Under the pieces are notes generated by a model. It had not been told where the DNA came from, searched no databases, and was given only the letters and a program-made list of their open reading frames with translations. From the NCBI GenBank assembly GCA_947040475.1, contig CAMRBT010000001.1:1-47463 (forward strand): a DNA stretch of 47,463 nt, given 5' to 3'. The position numbers were made by a program, and so were the translations under genes. Shown here one piece after another: positions 1-8,485 of this stretch. The first letter of the stretch is position 1, and each line of letters starts with the position of its first letter. Source of the stretch: an uncultured Brevinema sp. (GTDB lineage: Bacteria; Spirochaetota; Brevinematia; Brevinematales; Brevinemataceae).

Positions 1-1305
1 GCTATTGCCTTTACCAATAATGATGGTACTGCAGCTTTGGCTACCTTAGTCGGTTATGTTGTGTTTTTAGGTACTGTTGGTGCTATTGCAACAATCAATG
101 GTGTTGCAACAAAATCTATCTTAAACATTCAATCTCTTGATATGGGTGCTGTAGGTGGATTGTTAGTTGGTGGATTATCTGCCTTTGTTTTTAATAGAAC
201 CTATAATACGCAATTACCAGAAATCTTAGGATTTTTTGGTGGTAAAAGATTTGTTCTTATTGCGAATGCCTTATCATGTCTTCTTTTAGGAATAGTAATG
301 GTATTTGTTTGGGCACCTATTGGAGGAGCTATTCAGTCTTTTTCAAACTGGGCTGCTTACGAAAATCCAAATATTGCTTTCCCAATGTACGGCTTTTTAG
401 AAAGATTACTTATTCCTCTTGGTGTCCACCATGTATGGAACGTACCTTTCTTCTTTGAAATCGGTAATTTTGATAAAGCTAATCTAATTAGTGTCCAAAA
501 TGAAATGGCTTATTTAGCTCAAAATGCTTCTGATGTTCTTGCTGGTACTGCTCTTCCTGCTGAATTAGTAAAGGGTGAAATTCCTCGTTATCTCTCAGGA
601 GATCCTACTGCTGGGAATTTAGCTCCATCATATTTGTTCAAAATGTGGGGACTTCCTGCTGCTGCTATCGCAATGGGCTTTAGTGCAAAACCTGAAAATC
701 GTAAAGCCGTAATGGGACTAATGATCTCTGCTGCTTTAACATCATTCTTAACTGGTATTACAGAACCTATTGAATTTTCATTTATGTTTGTAGCTCCATT
801 ACTTTATTTAGTACATGCTGGTTTAGTGTTGTTAGCTTATCTTGTCGTAACTCCTATGGATATTCGTCATGGTACCACCTTTTCCCACGGATTGATTGAC
901 TATACTCTTCTTTATGGTTTAGGACAAAATCAACATATGTTGATCCTCTTAGGACTGGTATGGGCAGTATTATATTTTGTCGTGTTTTATTTTGCTATTA
1001 AGATATTTAATATTCAAACTCCAGGTCGTGAGGATGTATCAGCTTCATCTGCTCAAAATGTGAGCGTTGATGAGATTGCAGAAGTGCTTGTTCTTGCTTA
1101 TGGCGGTGCTGGCAACATTACTACTACTGATGCTTGTATCACAAGATTAAGAATTTCTGTTAAAGATGCTTCTCTTATCAATCAAGACAAATTAAAAGAA
1201 TTAGGAGCAAAAGCTGTTATTGTTTCTGGAAACGGAACACAAGCTATTTTTGGAACTAAATCTGATATCTACAAAAACGAAATGAATAAATTTATGAAAA
1301 GATAA
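1..1305 (+). CDS. PTS sugar transporter EIIC-EIIB (glucose/N-acetylglucosamine family), 5'-truncated by the window edge
   Basis: The frame is open from nt 1 (AIAFTNNDGT precedes the listed Met at 37). A polytopic EIIC core is followed by a C-terminal EIIB module with the phospho-Cys motif DACITRLR. Neighbours are ptsHI, crr and nagA/nagB homologues. Confidence 0.85.
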   Translation, partial: AIAFTNNDGTAALATLVGYVVFLGTVGAIATINGVATKSILNIQSLDMGAVGGLLVGGLSAFVFNRTYNTQLPEILGFFGGKRFVLIANALSCLLLGIVMVFVWAPIGGAIQSFSNWAAYENPNIAFPMYGFLERLLIPLGVHHVWNVPFFFEIGNFDKANLISVQNEMAYLAQNASDVLAGTALPAELVKGEIPRYLSGDPTAGNLAPSYLFKMWGLPAAAIAMGFSAKPENRKAVMGLMISAALTSFLTGITEPIEFSFMFVAPLLYLVHAGLVLLAYLVVTPMDIRHGTTFSHGLIDYTLLYGLGQNQHMLILLGLVWAVLYFVVFYFAIKIFNIQTPGREDVSASSAQNVSVDEIAEVLVLAYGGAGNITTTDACITRLRISVKDASLINQDKLKELGAKAVIVSGNGTQAIFGTKSDIYKNEMNKFMKR

Positions 1306-1326
1306 AATAACTTATTTTCTTAAAAA

Positions 1327-1352
1327 CCCTCTAGTATATCTAGAGGGTTTTT
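1327..1352 (+). terminator. Rho-independent terminator after the PTS EIICB gene
   Basis: Hairpin ccctcta/tagaggg (1327-1347) followed by TTTTT. Confidence 0.8.
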
Positions 1353-1404
1353 TGGCGTATTTAGTGTAATAATAAAGGATCACAATAAAGATAAAAAAAT
1401 TTAT

Positions 1405-1434
1405 TTGACAATATCTTTGTAATAAGACTATACT
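1405..1434 (+). promoter_or_regulatory. sigma70-type promoter for the MATE gene
   Basis: TTGACA (1405-1410), 18-nt spacer, TATACT (1429-1434), about 18 nt upstream of the ATG at 1452. Confidence 0.55.
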
Positions 1435-1451
1435 ATCATAAGGATATTCAA

Positions 1452-2819
1452 ATGCCAAATTATAAAACACTAACCCGTAAAATCACCCCTCTCGTATTAG
1501 CGATAGGAATCCCAGCTAGTTTTCGATCTCTCTCTCTTTATATACAACAAATTATTGACACCATGTATATTGGTCAATATAGTAGCGATAGTTTGCTTGC
1601 TCTTTCATCTGTCGTTGTTCCTTTTTGGATGTTTGAATCTATTTGGATTGGTATAGCATCGGCGACTACCGTGATGATAGCTCAGCGTATTGGAGCTAAA
1701 AATAAAAACTCCGCTACCAAAGTCGCTCAAATGACTTTCTTACTAGGGATTACGCTCTCTTTATGTTATTTTGTTTTTTGGCAAATAATGAGCCCTACAG
1801 TAACGAGATTGATGAATTTGACAGGTGCACCCGCTAATAATGCTATTATTTATGTCAAAACGGTATCTTTCGTATATTTGTTTAGATTTGTTGGAATAGG
1901 AGCTCCTGCTTCTATTTTGGAAGCTTTGGGAAATACTAGAATGATTATGTGGGCGACTCTTGCGCAGAGTGCAACCAATATTATTTTAGATCCTATTTTT
2001 ATTTGGGGCTTAGGTCCTATCCCAGAATTAGGCATTCAAGGAGCTGCCCTTGCTACAGTATTAGCAGAGCTTGTGGCTGTAATAATTTTAAGCACTTATT
2101 TTTGGAGACATAATTATCTCAATATTAAAACTAGTAAAATCTCGCCTTTACAAGTGCATATCAAAGAAAGAATCTCGCTAGGAATGCCCATCACCATAGA
2201 GGTGATGATTTGGAGTTTGTCTACTTCTACGATCATATCTATGATGAATAGTAAATTCCCTTTAGGTGGGGCACTCTTTAATGTGGGATTTTTACTGAGT
2301 GATATGTGTTATAGGCTTTTATATGGATTTGATATTGCCAATATGTCCTTAATAGGTAGAGCTTTTGGTGCAAAACGAAAAGATAGAATGATAGCGACGA
2401 TAAGATCCGTAACCAAAAACAAATGGATAGCAGGAATAGCTATCATGATACTATTTTATATATTTAGATTCCCTATTGTTAGTTTATTTTCTAATGATCA
2501 AATGATTATCCAAACTACTCTAGATAATTATTTATGGATTCTGAGTATATCTATTGTTTCTTTATCGGTAGGAATTAATATGAGCACCTTAAATGGTATG
2601 GGCTATGCTCGTTACGTTCTATATGTAAGTCTTGTTGCTATTCCTTTACGTGTTATCTTAGCTTATTGGGTTTTATATCATACAGATTTTGGTATTGCAG
2701 GAGTTTGGGCAGCAACTATCGTTGAAGAATTGTTGAGAATTATATTAACTTATATTATTCGAAATCATATGTTAGACAAATATTGGAGTAAGTGGACTGT
2801 TGCAAAAGTTTCTTCATAA
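1452..2819 (+). CDS. MATE-family multidrug/oligosaccharide efflux transporter
   Basis: 455 aa, about 12 hydrophobic spans, two-fold internal repeat architecture typical of MatE (NorM/DinF-like). Confidence 0.75.
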   Translation: MPNYKTLTRKITPLVLAIGIPASFRSLSLYIQQIIDTMYIGQYSSDSLLALSSVVVPFWMFESIWIGIASATTVMIAQRIGAKNKNSATKVAQMTFLLGITLSLCYFVFWQIMSPTVTRLMNLTGAPANNAIIYVKTVSFVYLFRFVGIGAPASILEALGNTRMIMWATLAQSATNIILDPIFIWGLGPIPELGIQGAALATVLAELVAVIILSTYFWRHNYLNIKTSKISPLQVHIKERISLGMPITIEVMIWSLSTSTIISMMNSKFPLGGALFNVGFLLSDMCYRLLYGFDIANMSLIGRAFGAKRKDRMIATIRSVTKNKWIAGIAIMILFYIFRFPIVSLFSNDQMIIQTTLDNYLWILSISIVSLSVGINMSTLNGMGYARYVLYVSLVAIPLRVILAYWVLYHTDFGIAGVWAATIVEELLRIILTYIIRNHMLDKYWSKWTVAKVSS

Positions 2820-2831
2820 AATTATTATTAC

Positions 2832-2868
2832 AAAAAAAAGCTCTTAGTTTATAACTAAGAGCTTTTTT
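2832..2868. terminator. Bidirectional terminator between the convergent MATE gene and ptsH
   Basis: A-tract, 10-bp stem gctcttagtt/aactaagagc (2840-2862) with a 3-nt loop, then a T-tract. Confidence 0.85.
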
Positions 2869-2885
2869 ATTTTATCATTAAAAAA

Positions 2886-3149
2886 TTAATCTTTGAGAGT
2901 TGCAAAGAAAGCAACTAATTTTTCTCCAATTGCAGCTTCTTCTCCGCCAGAAATATGAACTTTTATCATATCTCCTTTTTTAACAGCTAAAGACATAATC
3001 TTAAGCAAAGAATTACCAGCAACTTTTTTGTCACCTTTTTCTAATTCTATTGTTGATCCTTCAAAACTTTTTACCATTTTGACCAGTTCATTCCCAGGTC
3101 TTGTATGAAGTCCTGTATCATTTGTTACTGTAATTTCTACACATGTCAT
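2886..3149 (-). CDS. ptsH: Phosphocarrier protein HPr
   Basis: 87 aa. Active-site motif GLHTRPG near the N-terminus and the region ...NSLLKIMSL..., typical of HPr. Confidence 0.93.
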   Translation of the reverse strand: MTCVEITVTNDTGLHTRPGNELVKMVKSFEGSTIELEKGDKKVAGNSLLKIMSLAVKKGDMIKVHISGGEEAAIGEKLVAFFATLKD

Positions 3150-3176
3150 TGTTCACTCCTTAATATAATTTTTATT

Positions 3177-4916
3177 TTATCTATTTAATACTTTTGCTAG
3201 TGATTCTGTTAAGAATTCTTTTATTTCTGTTCCTGTACCTAAAGAAAGAACTTTTTGAGCAATCTCTTTGGTTTCTGCCATTGTTGTTGCACGAACGATT
3301 TCTTTGATTTTTGGAATACTAATAGCACTCATACTTAATTCTGTCACACCAATACCCATCAAAAATAAAGTTGCAAGAGGGTTTCCACCTAATTCTCCAC
3401 AAACACCAACCCAAACGCCTTTTGCAGTAGCTGCCGCTGTTGCTTGAGCCATGAGACGAAGCACGGCAGGATGAAGAGAATCATACAAACTAACAATATG
3501 AGGATTTCCTCTATCGACAGCCAAAGTATACTGAGTAAGATCGTTAGTACCATAACTGAAGAAATCAACAATGTCAGCTAATTCATTAGCAACCATCGCA
3601 GCTGCTGGTGTTTCTATCATGACACCACGCTGAATATTCGGATCAAAAGCAATTCCTTCTGCAAGGAGCTCTTTTTTACATTCTTCTAAAATATCATTAG
3701 ATTTTTGCACTTCTTCTAAAGAGATAACCATAGGGTACATAATCCCTACTTTACCAAAAGCAGAAGCTCTTAAAATAGATCTTAATTGAGTTTTGAAAAT
3801 ATCGATTTTGTCCAAACATACTCTCAAAGCTCTCCAGCCCAAGAAAGGATTTAATTCATGGGGAAAAGCAAAATAATCTAAGACTTTATCCCCACCAATA
3901 TCTAAGGTTCTAATAATTACAAGATCTTTATCAAAGGCACGCACCACATTAGCATAAGCATTTGTTTGCTCTTCTTCTGAAGGCCAGTTTGATCTATCCA
4001 TATAAAGGAATTCACTACGATAAAGCCCAACACCTTTTGCCCCTTGATCTAAAGCAGGTTTTGCATCTATATCAGTACCAACATTAGCACAAAGATCAAA
4101 ATGCACTCCGTCTTTGGTAACGGCTGGTAAATTTTTGAGAGTCTTTAGTCTTTCTAGTTCTTTTTTGTAGTCTGCTAATTTGTTATCATAGTATTTTTTA
4201 TCATCAGCACTTGGGTTGATAATAATATCACCTTCAGAACCATCTAAAATAATTTCTTGTCCATTTTGAACATGATCCAAAACTTCTCTTGCTCCAACGA
4301 TTGCAGGAATTACTAAAGTGCGGGACATGATAGCCACGTGAGAAGTAGCCCCACCTTCAGCAGTAACAAATCCTAAGACTTTTGTTCTATCCATTTGAGC
4401 AGTATCTGAAGGAGTTAAATCAAAAGCTATCACAATAGAAGAGTCTTCGATCTCTGATAATTGAGGAATATGTATCCCTAAGATATTTGAAACAAGACGT
4501 CTAAAAATGTCTTTCATATCAGCAGCACGTTCACGCATATAGGAATCTTCCATAGTGCTAAACATTTCTATATATTGATCTGCTACTGTTTGTGTAGCTT
4601 TATCAGCAGAGTAAAGCTCATCTTTGATTAATGCTTTAACTTCTTCTTCCATCCCTTCATCGAGTAGGATCTCTATATGTCCATCAAAGATCTCAGCTTC
4701 TTCGGCACCAATATTTTTTAAAGTAATGTCTTTAACTTTTTCTAATTGTTCTTGTGCTTTAGCACGCCCTTCGTCAAACAATTGATATTCTTGTTCAATT
4801 TGAGAAGTAGCAATTTGTTTTTCGTTGATTTTAATTTCTGGCGTAGCAAAAATAAAAACTTTCCCTGAAACAACGCCAGGACATGCTGATATCCCTTTGA
4901 TTTTAATTGTAGCCAT
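3177..4916 (-). CDS. ptsI: Phosphoenolpyruvate-protein phosphotransferase (PTS Enzyme I)
   Basis: 579 aa. Motifs GGATSHVAIMSR (phospho-His), YGTNDLTQY and GVCGELGG. Confidence 0.95.
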   Translation of the reverse strand: MATIKIKGISACPGVVSGKVFIFATPEIKINEKQIATSQIEQEYQLFDEGRAKAQEQLEKVKDITLKNIGAEEAEIFDGHIEILLDEGMEEEVKALIKDELYSADKATQTVADQYIEMFSTMEDSYMRERAADMKDIFRRLVSNILGIHIPQLSEIEDSSIVIAFDLTPSDTAQMDRTKVLGFVTAEGGATSHVAIMSRTLVIPAIVGAREVLDHVQNGQEIILDGSEGDIIINPSADDKKYYDNKLADYKKELERLKTLKNLPAVTKDGVHFDLCANVGTDIDAKPALDQGAKGVGLYRSEFLYMDRSNWPSEEEQTNAYANVVRAFDKDLVIIRTLDIGGDKVLDYFAFPHELNPFLGWRALRVCLDKIDIFKTQLRSILRASAFGKVGIMYPMVISLEEVQKSNDILEECKKELLAEGIAFDPNIQRGVMIETPAAAMVANELADIVDFFSYGTNDLTQYTLAVDRGNPHIVSLYDSLHPAVLRLMAQATAAATAKGVWVGVCGELGGNPLATLFLMGIGVTELSMSAISIPKIKEIVRATTMAETKEIAQKVLSLGTGTEIKEFLTESLAKVLNR

Positions 4917-4956
4917 ATCTGATTCCTTTAGATAATTTTTTTTATTGTTTTATAAA

Positions 4957-6930
4957 TTATTTATTGATTTTTTCTTCAACAGGTATATAGCGACCATTAA
5001 AGACAACTCCGTGTACATTTAAATCGTCATCTAATATAGTGATATTAGCTTTATAACCAGCCTTAATGTAGCCATACTCATCGTCTTTTTTAATAGATCT
5101 AGCTGGGTAAAGAGAAGCCATTCTAAAAGCATCTTCTAAAGGCACTTTGACATATTTTACTAAGTTCTGAACACATTTGTCCATCAAGATCGCTACCCCC
5201 GCTAAAGTGCCATCTTCAGCGACACATTTGCCATCTCTATGATAAATTTTTCGTCCACCAAATTCAAATTCTTCTATATCTGTCCCTGCTGGTGCAGCGG
5301 CATCACTAACGAGAAAAAGGTGATCGCCTAATGATTTATAAGCAACATCTACAGAAGCATAGTTACTATGGATTCCATCCACAATAATCCCTGCATAAAT
5401 ATTATCATTTTCTAAGACTGTTCCTACTGCACCAGGTTCTCTGGAGTCCATAGGGCTCATCGCATTATATAAATGAGTTGCCATGGTAATCCCATGAGGG
5501 ATTTTTTCTTTTAATTGATTGTGAGTACCATTGGTATGACCCATAGATACAATCACCCCACCATCTGCTAATTTTTTAATGTCTTCTGCTGTATTTTCTT
5601 CTGGTGCTAGAGTAAGGATTTTTCTGTCTATTTTAGCGTTAATAATAGCATCTAACATTTCTTGAGAAGGTTTTCTAATATGTTCTATGGCATGAATTCC
5701 TTTTTTCATTTTAGAAAGATAAGGACCTTCAAAATGCCAAGCAATAATTCCTAAGATATTTTTATTTTCTATATGATTAATAAGATTTATAGCTTCTAAT
5801 ATTTTTTCATCACTATTAGTAATAAAGGTAGGTGCGTAACTAGTAACCCCATGTTTAAGATTTGTTTCAAACATTACTTGGAGAGCATCAATGGATATAT
5901 CATAATTAATATCTGCTCCACCACAACCATTAACTTGAAGATCTATATATCCAGGAACAATAGTTTTTCCTTTAAGATCTATTTTAGACATTACGATATC
6001 TGAAGAAGCATCCATTTCTATACTTTTGATTCTATCATTTTCGATAATTACTGTTGCATTATCAAGGAATTTTTCACCATCAAATACTCTAGCATTAACT
6101 AAAGCATAATAAGATTTGTATAAGCCTTTGATTAAAATTTTAGGATGAATACTTTTTGATTCTACTTCTTTATGATAACGATAGGTTCTTAATCTAATAT
6201 CGGCTACGGCATCTTCACTAGCAACAAATGTTGCTTTTGTATGCATTTGCAATGCTGAAGCAGGATAGAGGTGATTGATTCCCTCTTCAATACTTACCTG
6301 CAATGCTCTAGATTTATTAGCTCCCTGAGCTAATACTATAATTTCTTCCGCATCTAGGAGTGTTCCAACACCAATAGTTAAAGCAACTTTAGGAACTAAA
6401 TCTAAATTACCATTAAAAAATTTCGCATTCGCAACACGGGTTTCAAAGGCTAATTCTTTATCTCTTGTACGTGATTGTAAGGAAGATCCAGGTTCGTTAA
6501 AGGCTAAATGCCCATCATCGCCCAAACCACAAACCCATAAATTAACACCACCATAAGATTTGATTAATTCTTCATAACGTAGTGCTTCTTCTTTGATATC
6601 TTCTGCCAAAGCATTTAGTAAATGAATATTTTTTACTTGAGCATCAACAAAATTGAAAAAATTTGTATTAATAGTTGAAGAAAAACTATTAACATTGGTA
6701 GGATCTATTCCTAGATATTCCCCTGTATTAAAAAAAACTACATTTTTAAAACTTAATACACCATCTTGATGGAATTGAACAAGTCTTTTGTACATAGGTA
6801 GGACAGTTCCACCACCCGGTATTCCTAAAACAAAAGGTTTGTCTTCCGTTGGGGCAAAATCAAGTATTCTTTTTGCAATAAAATATGCAGACCAATCGCC
6901 AACGTGTTCTTCTGTTATAATTAATCTCAT
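4957..6930 (-). CDS. Fusion protein: glucosamine-6-phosphate deaminase-like domain (N-terminal, NagB) plus N-acetylglucosamine-6-phosphate deacetylase domain (C-terminal, NagA)
   Basis: The N-terminal ~260 aa align colinearly with NagB (MRLII..., GLGDDGHLAFNEPGSSLQSRTR, ALTIGVGTLLDAEE). The C-terminal ~390 aa align with NagA (YIDLQVNGCGG, HFEGPYLS, SMGHTN, ATHLYNAM, LVSDAAAPAG). Confidence 0.9.
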   Translation of the reverse strand: MRLIITEEHVGDWSAYFIAKRILDFAPTEDKPFVLGIPGGGTVLPMYKRLVQFHQDGVLSFKNVVFFNTGEYLGIDPTNVNSFSSTINTNFFNFVDAQVKNIHLLNALAEDIKEEALRYEELIKSYGGVNLWVCGLGDDGHLAFNEPGSSLQSRTRDKELAFETRVANAKFFNGNLDLVPKVALTIGVGTLLDAEEIIVLAQGANKSRALQVSIEEGINHLYPASALQMHTKATFVASEDAVADIRLRTYRYHKEVESKSIHPKILIKGLYKSYYALVNARVFDGEKFLDNATVIIENDRIKSIEMDASSDIVMSKIDLKGKTIVPGYIDLQVNGCGGADINYDISIDALQVMFETNLKHGVTSYAPTFITNSDEKILEAINLINHIENKNILGIIAWHFEGPYLSKMKKGIHAIEHIRKPSQEMLDAIINAKIDRKILTLAPEENTAEDIKKLADGGVIVSMGHTNGTHNQLKEKIPHGITMATHLYNAMSPMDSREPGAVGTVLENDNIYAGIIVDGIHSNYASVDVAYKSLGDHLFLVSDAAAPAGTDIEEFEFGGRKIYHRDGKCVAEDGTLAGVAILMDKCVQNLVKYVKVPLEDAFRMASLYPARSIKKDDEYGYIKAGYKANITILDDDLNVHGVVFNGRYIPVEEKINK

Positions 6931-6978
6931 AACACACTCCTATGTACAAAGTACAAATATAGTAATTTATTTATTTAT

Positions 6979-7731
6979 TTATTCGTTAATTAAGGTAGTC
7001 AAGGATCTGCTAGCAACTTTATCTACCATAAAAGTAGTTTTAGGATGCATTTGTAAGACAGATGCAGGACTCATATCCGAGATCGCTTTTTCTAAACAAG
7101 ATTTAAGTGCAAACGCTTTATGGACACCATATACAACAATCAGAATTTCTTTAGCTTCACAAATCGTTCCCACACCCATTGTTAAGGCTTGGGAAGGAAC
7201 TCTAGCTATATCGCCACCAAAAAATCGGGCATCAGCTTTGAGAGTTTCTGAGGTTAATGTTTTTAATCGTGTTCGAGAATGTAAGGAAGACCCTTGTTCA
7301 TTAAATGCTAATTCTCCCATAGCTCCTAAAGATCCTAAGAAAAAATCTATTCCACCAACATCTTTAATTTTTTGTTCATATTGTTCACATTCTAAAGAAA
7401 GATTTTCGGCAGTTCCATTTAAAGTATAAATATTTTTAGGAGAGATATCAATTTTAGAAAAGAATTTCTCTTGCAATTGTTTAAAATAATCTTGCTGTTT
7501 AACTTGTGAATATCCCACAAACTCACCCGCATAAAAAATAATAACATTCTTGAGAGATACCTTTTTTTCTTGTACATAGCGTGCAAGCTCTTCACAGATA
7601 CTTAGCACGGTAAATCCTGTAGACAAACTCAATACAAAATATTCTTTTTGATTGTTATTAATTTTATCAACGATTTTTTGAACCGCAGATTTTACAATTT
7701 CATCTCTATTAAGGAGCACTTTTACTTTCAT
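6979..7731 (-). CDS. NagB/6-phosphogluconolactonase-family paralogue with degenerate active-site residues
   Basis: Colinear with NagB (LAFNEQGSSLHSRTRLKTLT, ALTMGVGTICEAKE). I prefer the ATG at 7731, which has GAGGGTG 7 nt upstream, over the track start at 7758. Confidence 0.75.
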   Translation of the reverse strand: MKVKVLLNRDEIVKSAVQKIVDKINNNQKEYFVLSLSTGFTVLSICEELARYVQEKKVSLKNVIIFYAGEFVGYSQVKQQDYFKQLQEKFFSKIDISPKNIYTLNGTAENLSLECEQYEQKIKDVGGIDFFLGSLGAMGELAFNEQGSSLHSRTRLKTLTSETLKADARFFGGDIARVPSQALTMGVGTICEAKEILIVVYGVHKAFALKSCLEKAISDMSPASVLQMHPKTTFMVDKVASRSLTTLINE

Positions 7732-7860
7732 TATCACACCCTCATATTTTTTGATCATAAATAATCATAGCATATTTTTGATTTTATGCAAATCTAAATT
7801 ACAAAATATATGTGTACTTCAATAAATAATAAGCATATAATTTATTTATTTAACTATTTA

Positions 7861-7889
7861 TTGACTATCTTTTTTTTTCATTGTATAAT
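7861..7889 (+). promoter_or_regulatory. Near-consensus sigma70 promoter for crr
   Basis: TTGACT (7861-7866), 17-nt spacer, TATAAT (7884-7889). Confidence 0.65.
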
Positions 7890-7935
7890 TCATTATAATA
7901 TATAAACAAAAATATTAGAAATTTAAGAGGTTATT

Positions 7936-8415
7936 ATGTTTAATTTTTTCAAAAAGACTCCAAAAGTCATTGATATCTATTCTCCTTTAGATGGAGAACT
8001 ATTACCGTTAACTGCATCCCCAGACGAAGCTTTTGCACAAGGAATGATGGGAGAAGGGCTTTGTATCAGCCCTACAAAAGACACTCTTTATGCTCCTTTT
8101 GATTGTGGAGTAAATATATTTCACACCTTACACGCAGTTGGTTGTGACAATGGTGTTATAGAAATGATCGTACATATAGGTATGAATACCGTACAATTAA
8201 ATGGCGAAGGATTCAAAGCTTTAGCACCTCTCACAGGCAATGTTAAAAGTCAAACTCCTTTAATTTCTTTTGATCAAGATGTTTTATTATCCAAAGTAGA
8301 AACTCTTATTACTCCAGTAATCGTTGTAGAAAAACCAGAAACTGCTACTTTAAAAATTATTAAAGATTCTGGATCTGTAACAGCTGGCGAATTAATTATG
8401 CAAATAATTCTATAA
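7936..8415 (+). CDS. crr: PTS EIIA component, glucose family (Crr-like)
   Basis: 159 aa. Motif HAVG...GVIEMIVHIGMNTVQLNGEGF carries both EIIA-Glc histidines. An RBS GAGG lies upstream. Confidence 0.9.
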   Translation: MFNFFKKTPKVIDIYSPLDGELLPLTASPDEAFAQGMMGEGLCISPTKDTLYAPFDCGVNIFHTLHAVGCDNGVIEMIVHIGMNTVQLNGEGFKALAPLTGNVKSQTPLISFDQDVLLSKVETLITPVIVVEKPETATLKIIKDSGSVTAGELIMQIIL

Positions 8416-8451
8416 AATATTATTTCAAAACAATCACTTTACTAAACAAAA

Positions 8452-8475
8452 CCCCCTAAATATTAGGGGGTTTTT
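8452..8475. terminator. Bidirectional terminator between crr and the convergent 491-aa gene
   Basis: Stem ccccctaa/ttaggggg (8452-8470) flanked by A- and T-tracts. Confidence 0.8.
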
Positions 8476-8485
8476 ATTTTTTATA

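Noticed and set aside
6788-7429. 213-aa plus-strand ORF from the supplied track
   Set aside because: It runs antisense to the 5' end of the nagB-nagA fusion gene and the 3' part of the nagB-like gene, both of which have clear homology. It crosses their intergenic spacer, has no SD and has a low-complexity composition, so it looks like a shadow ORF.
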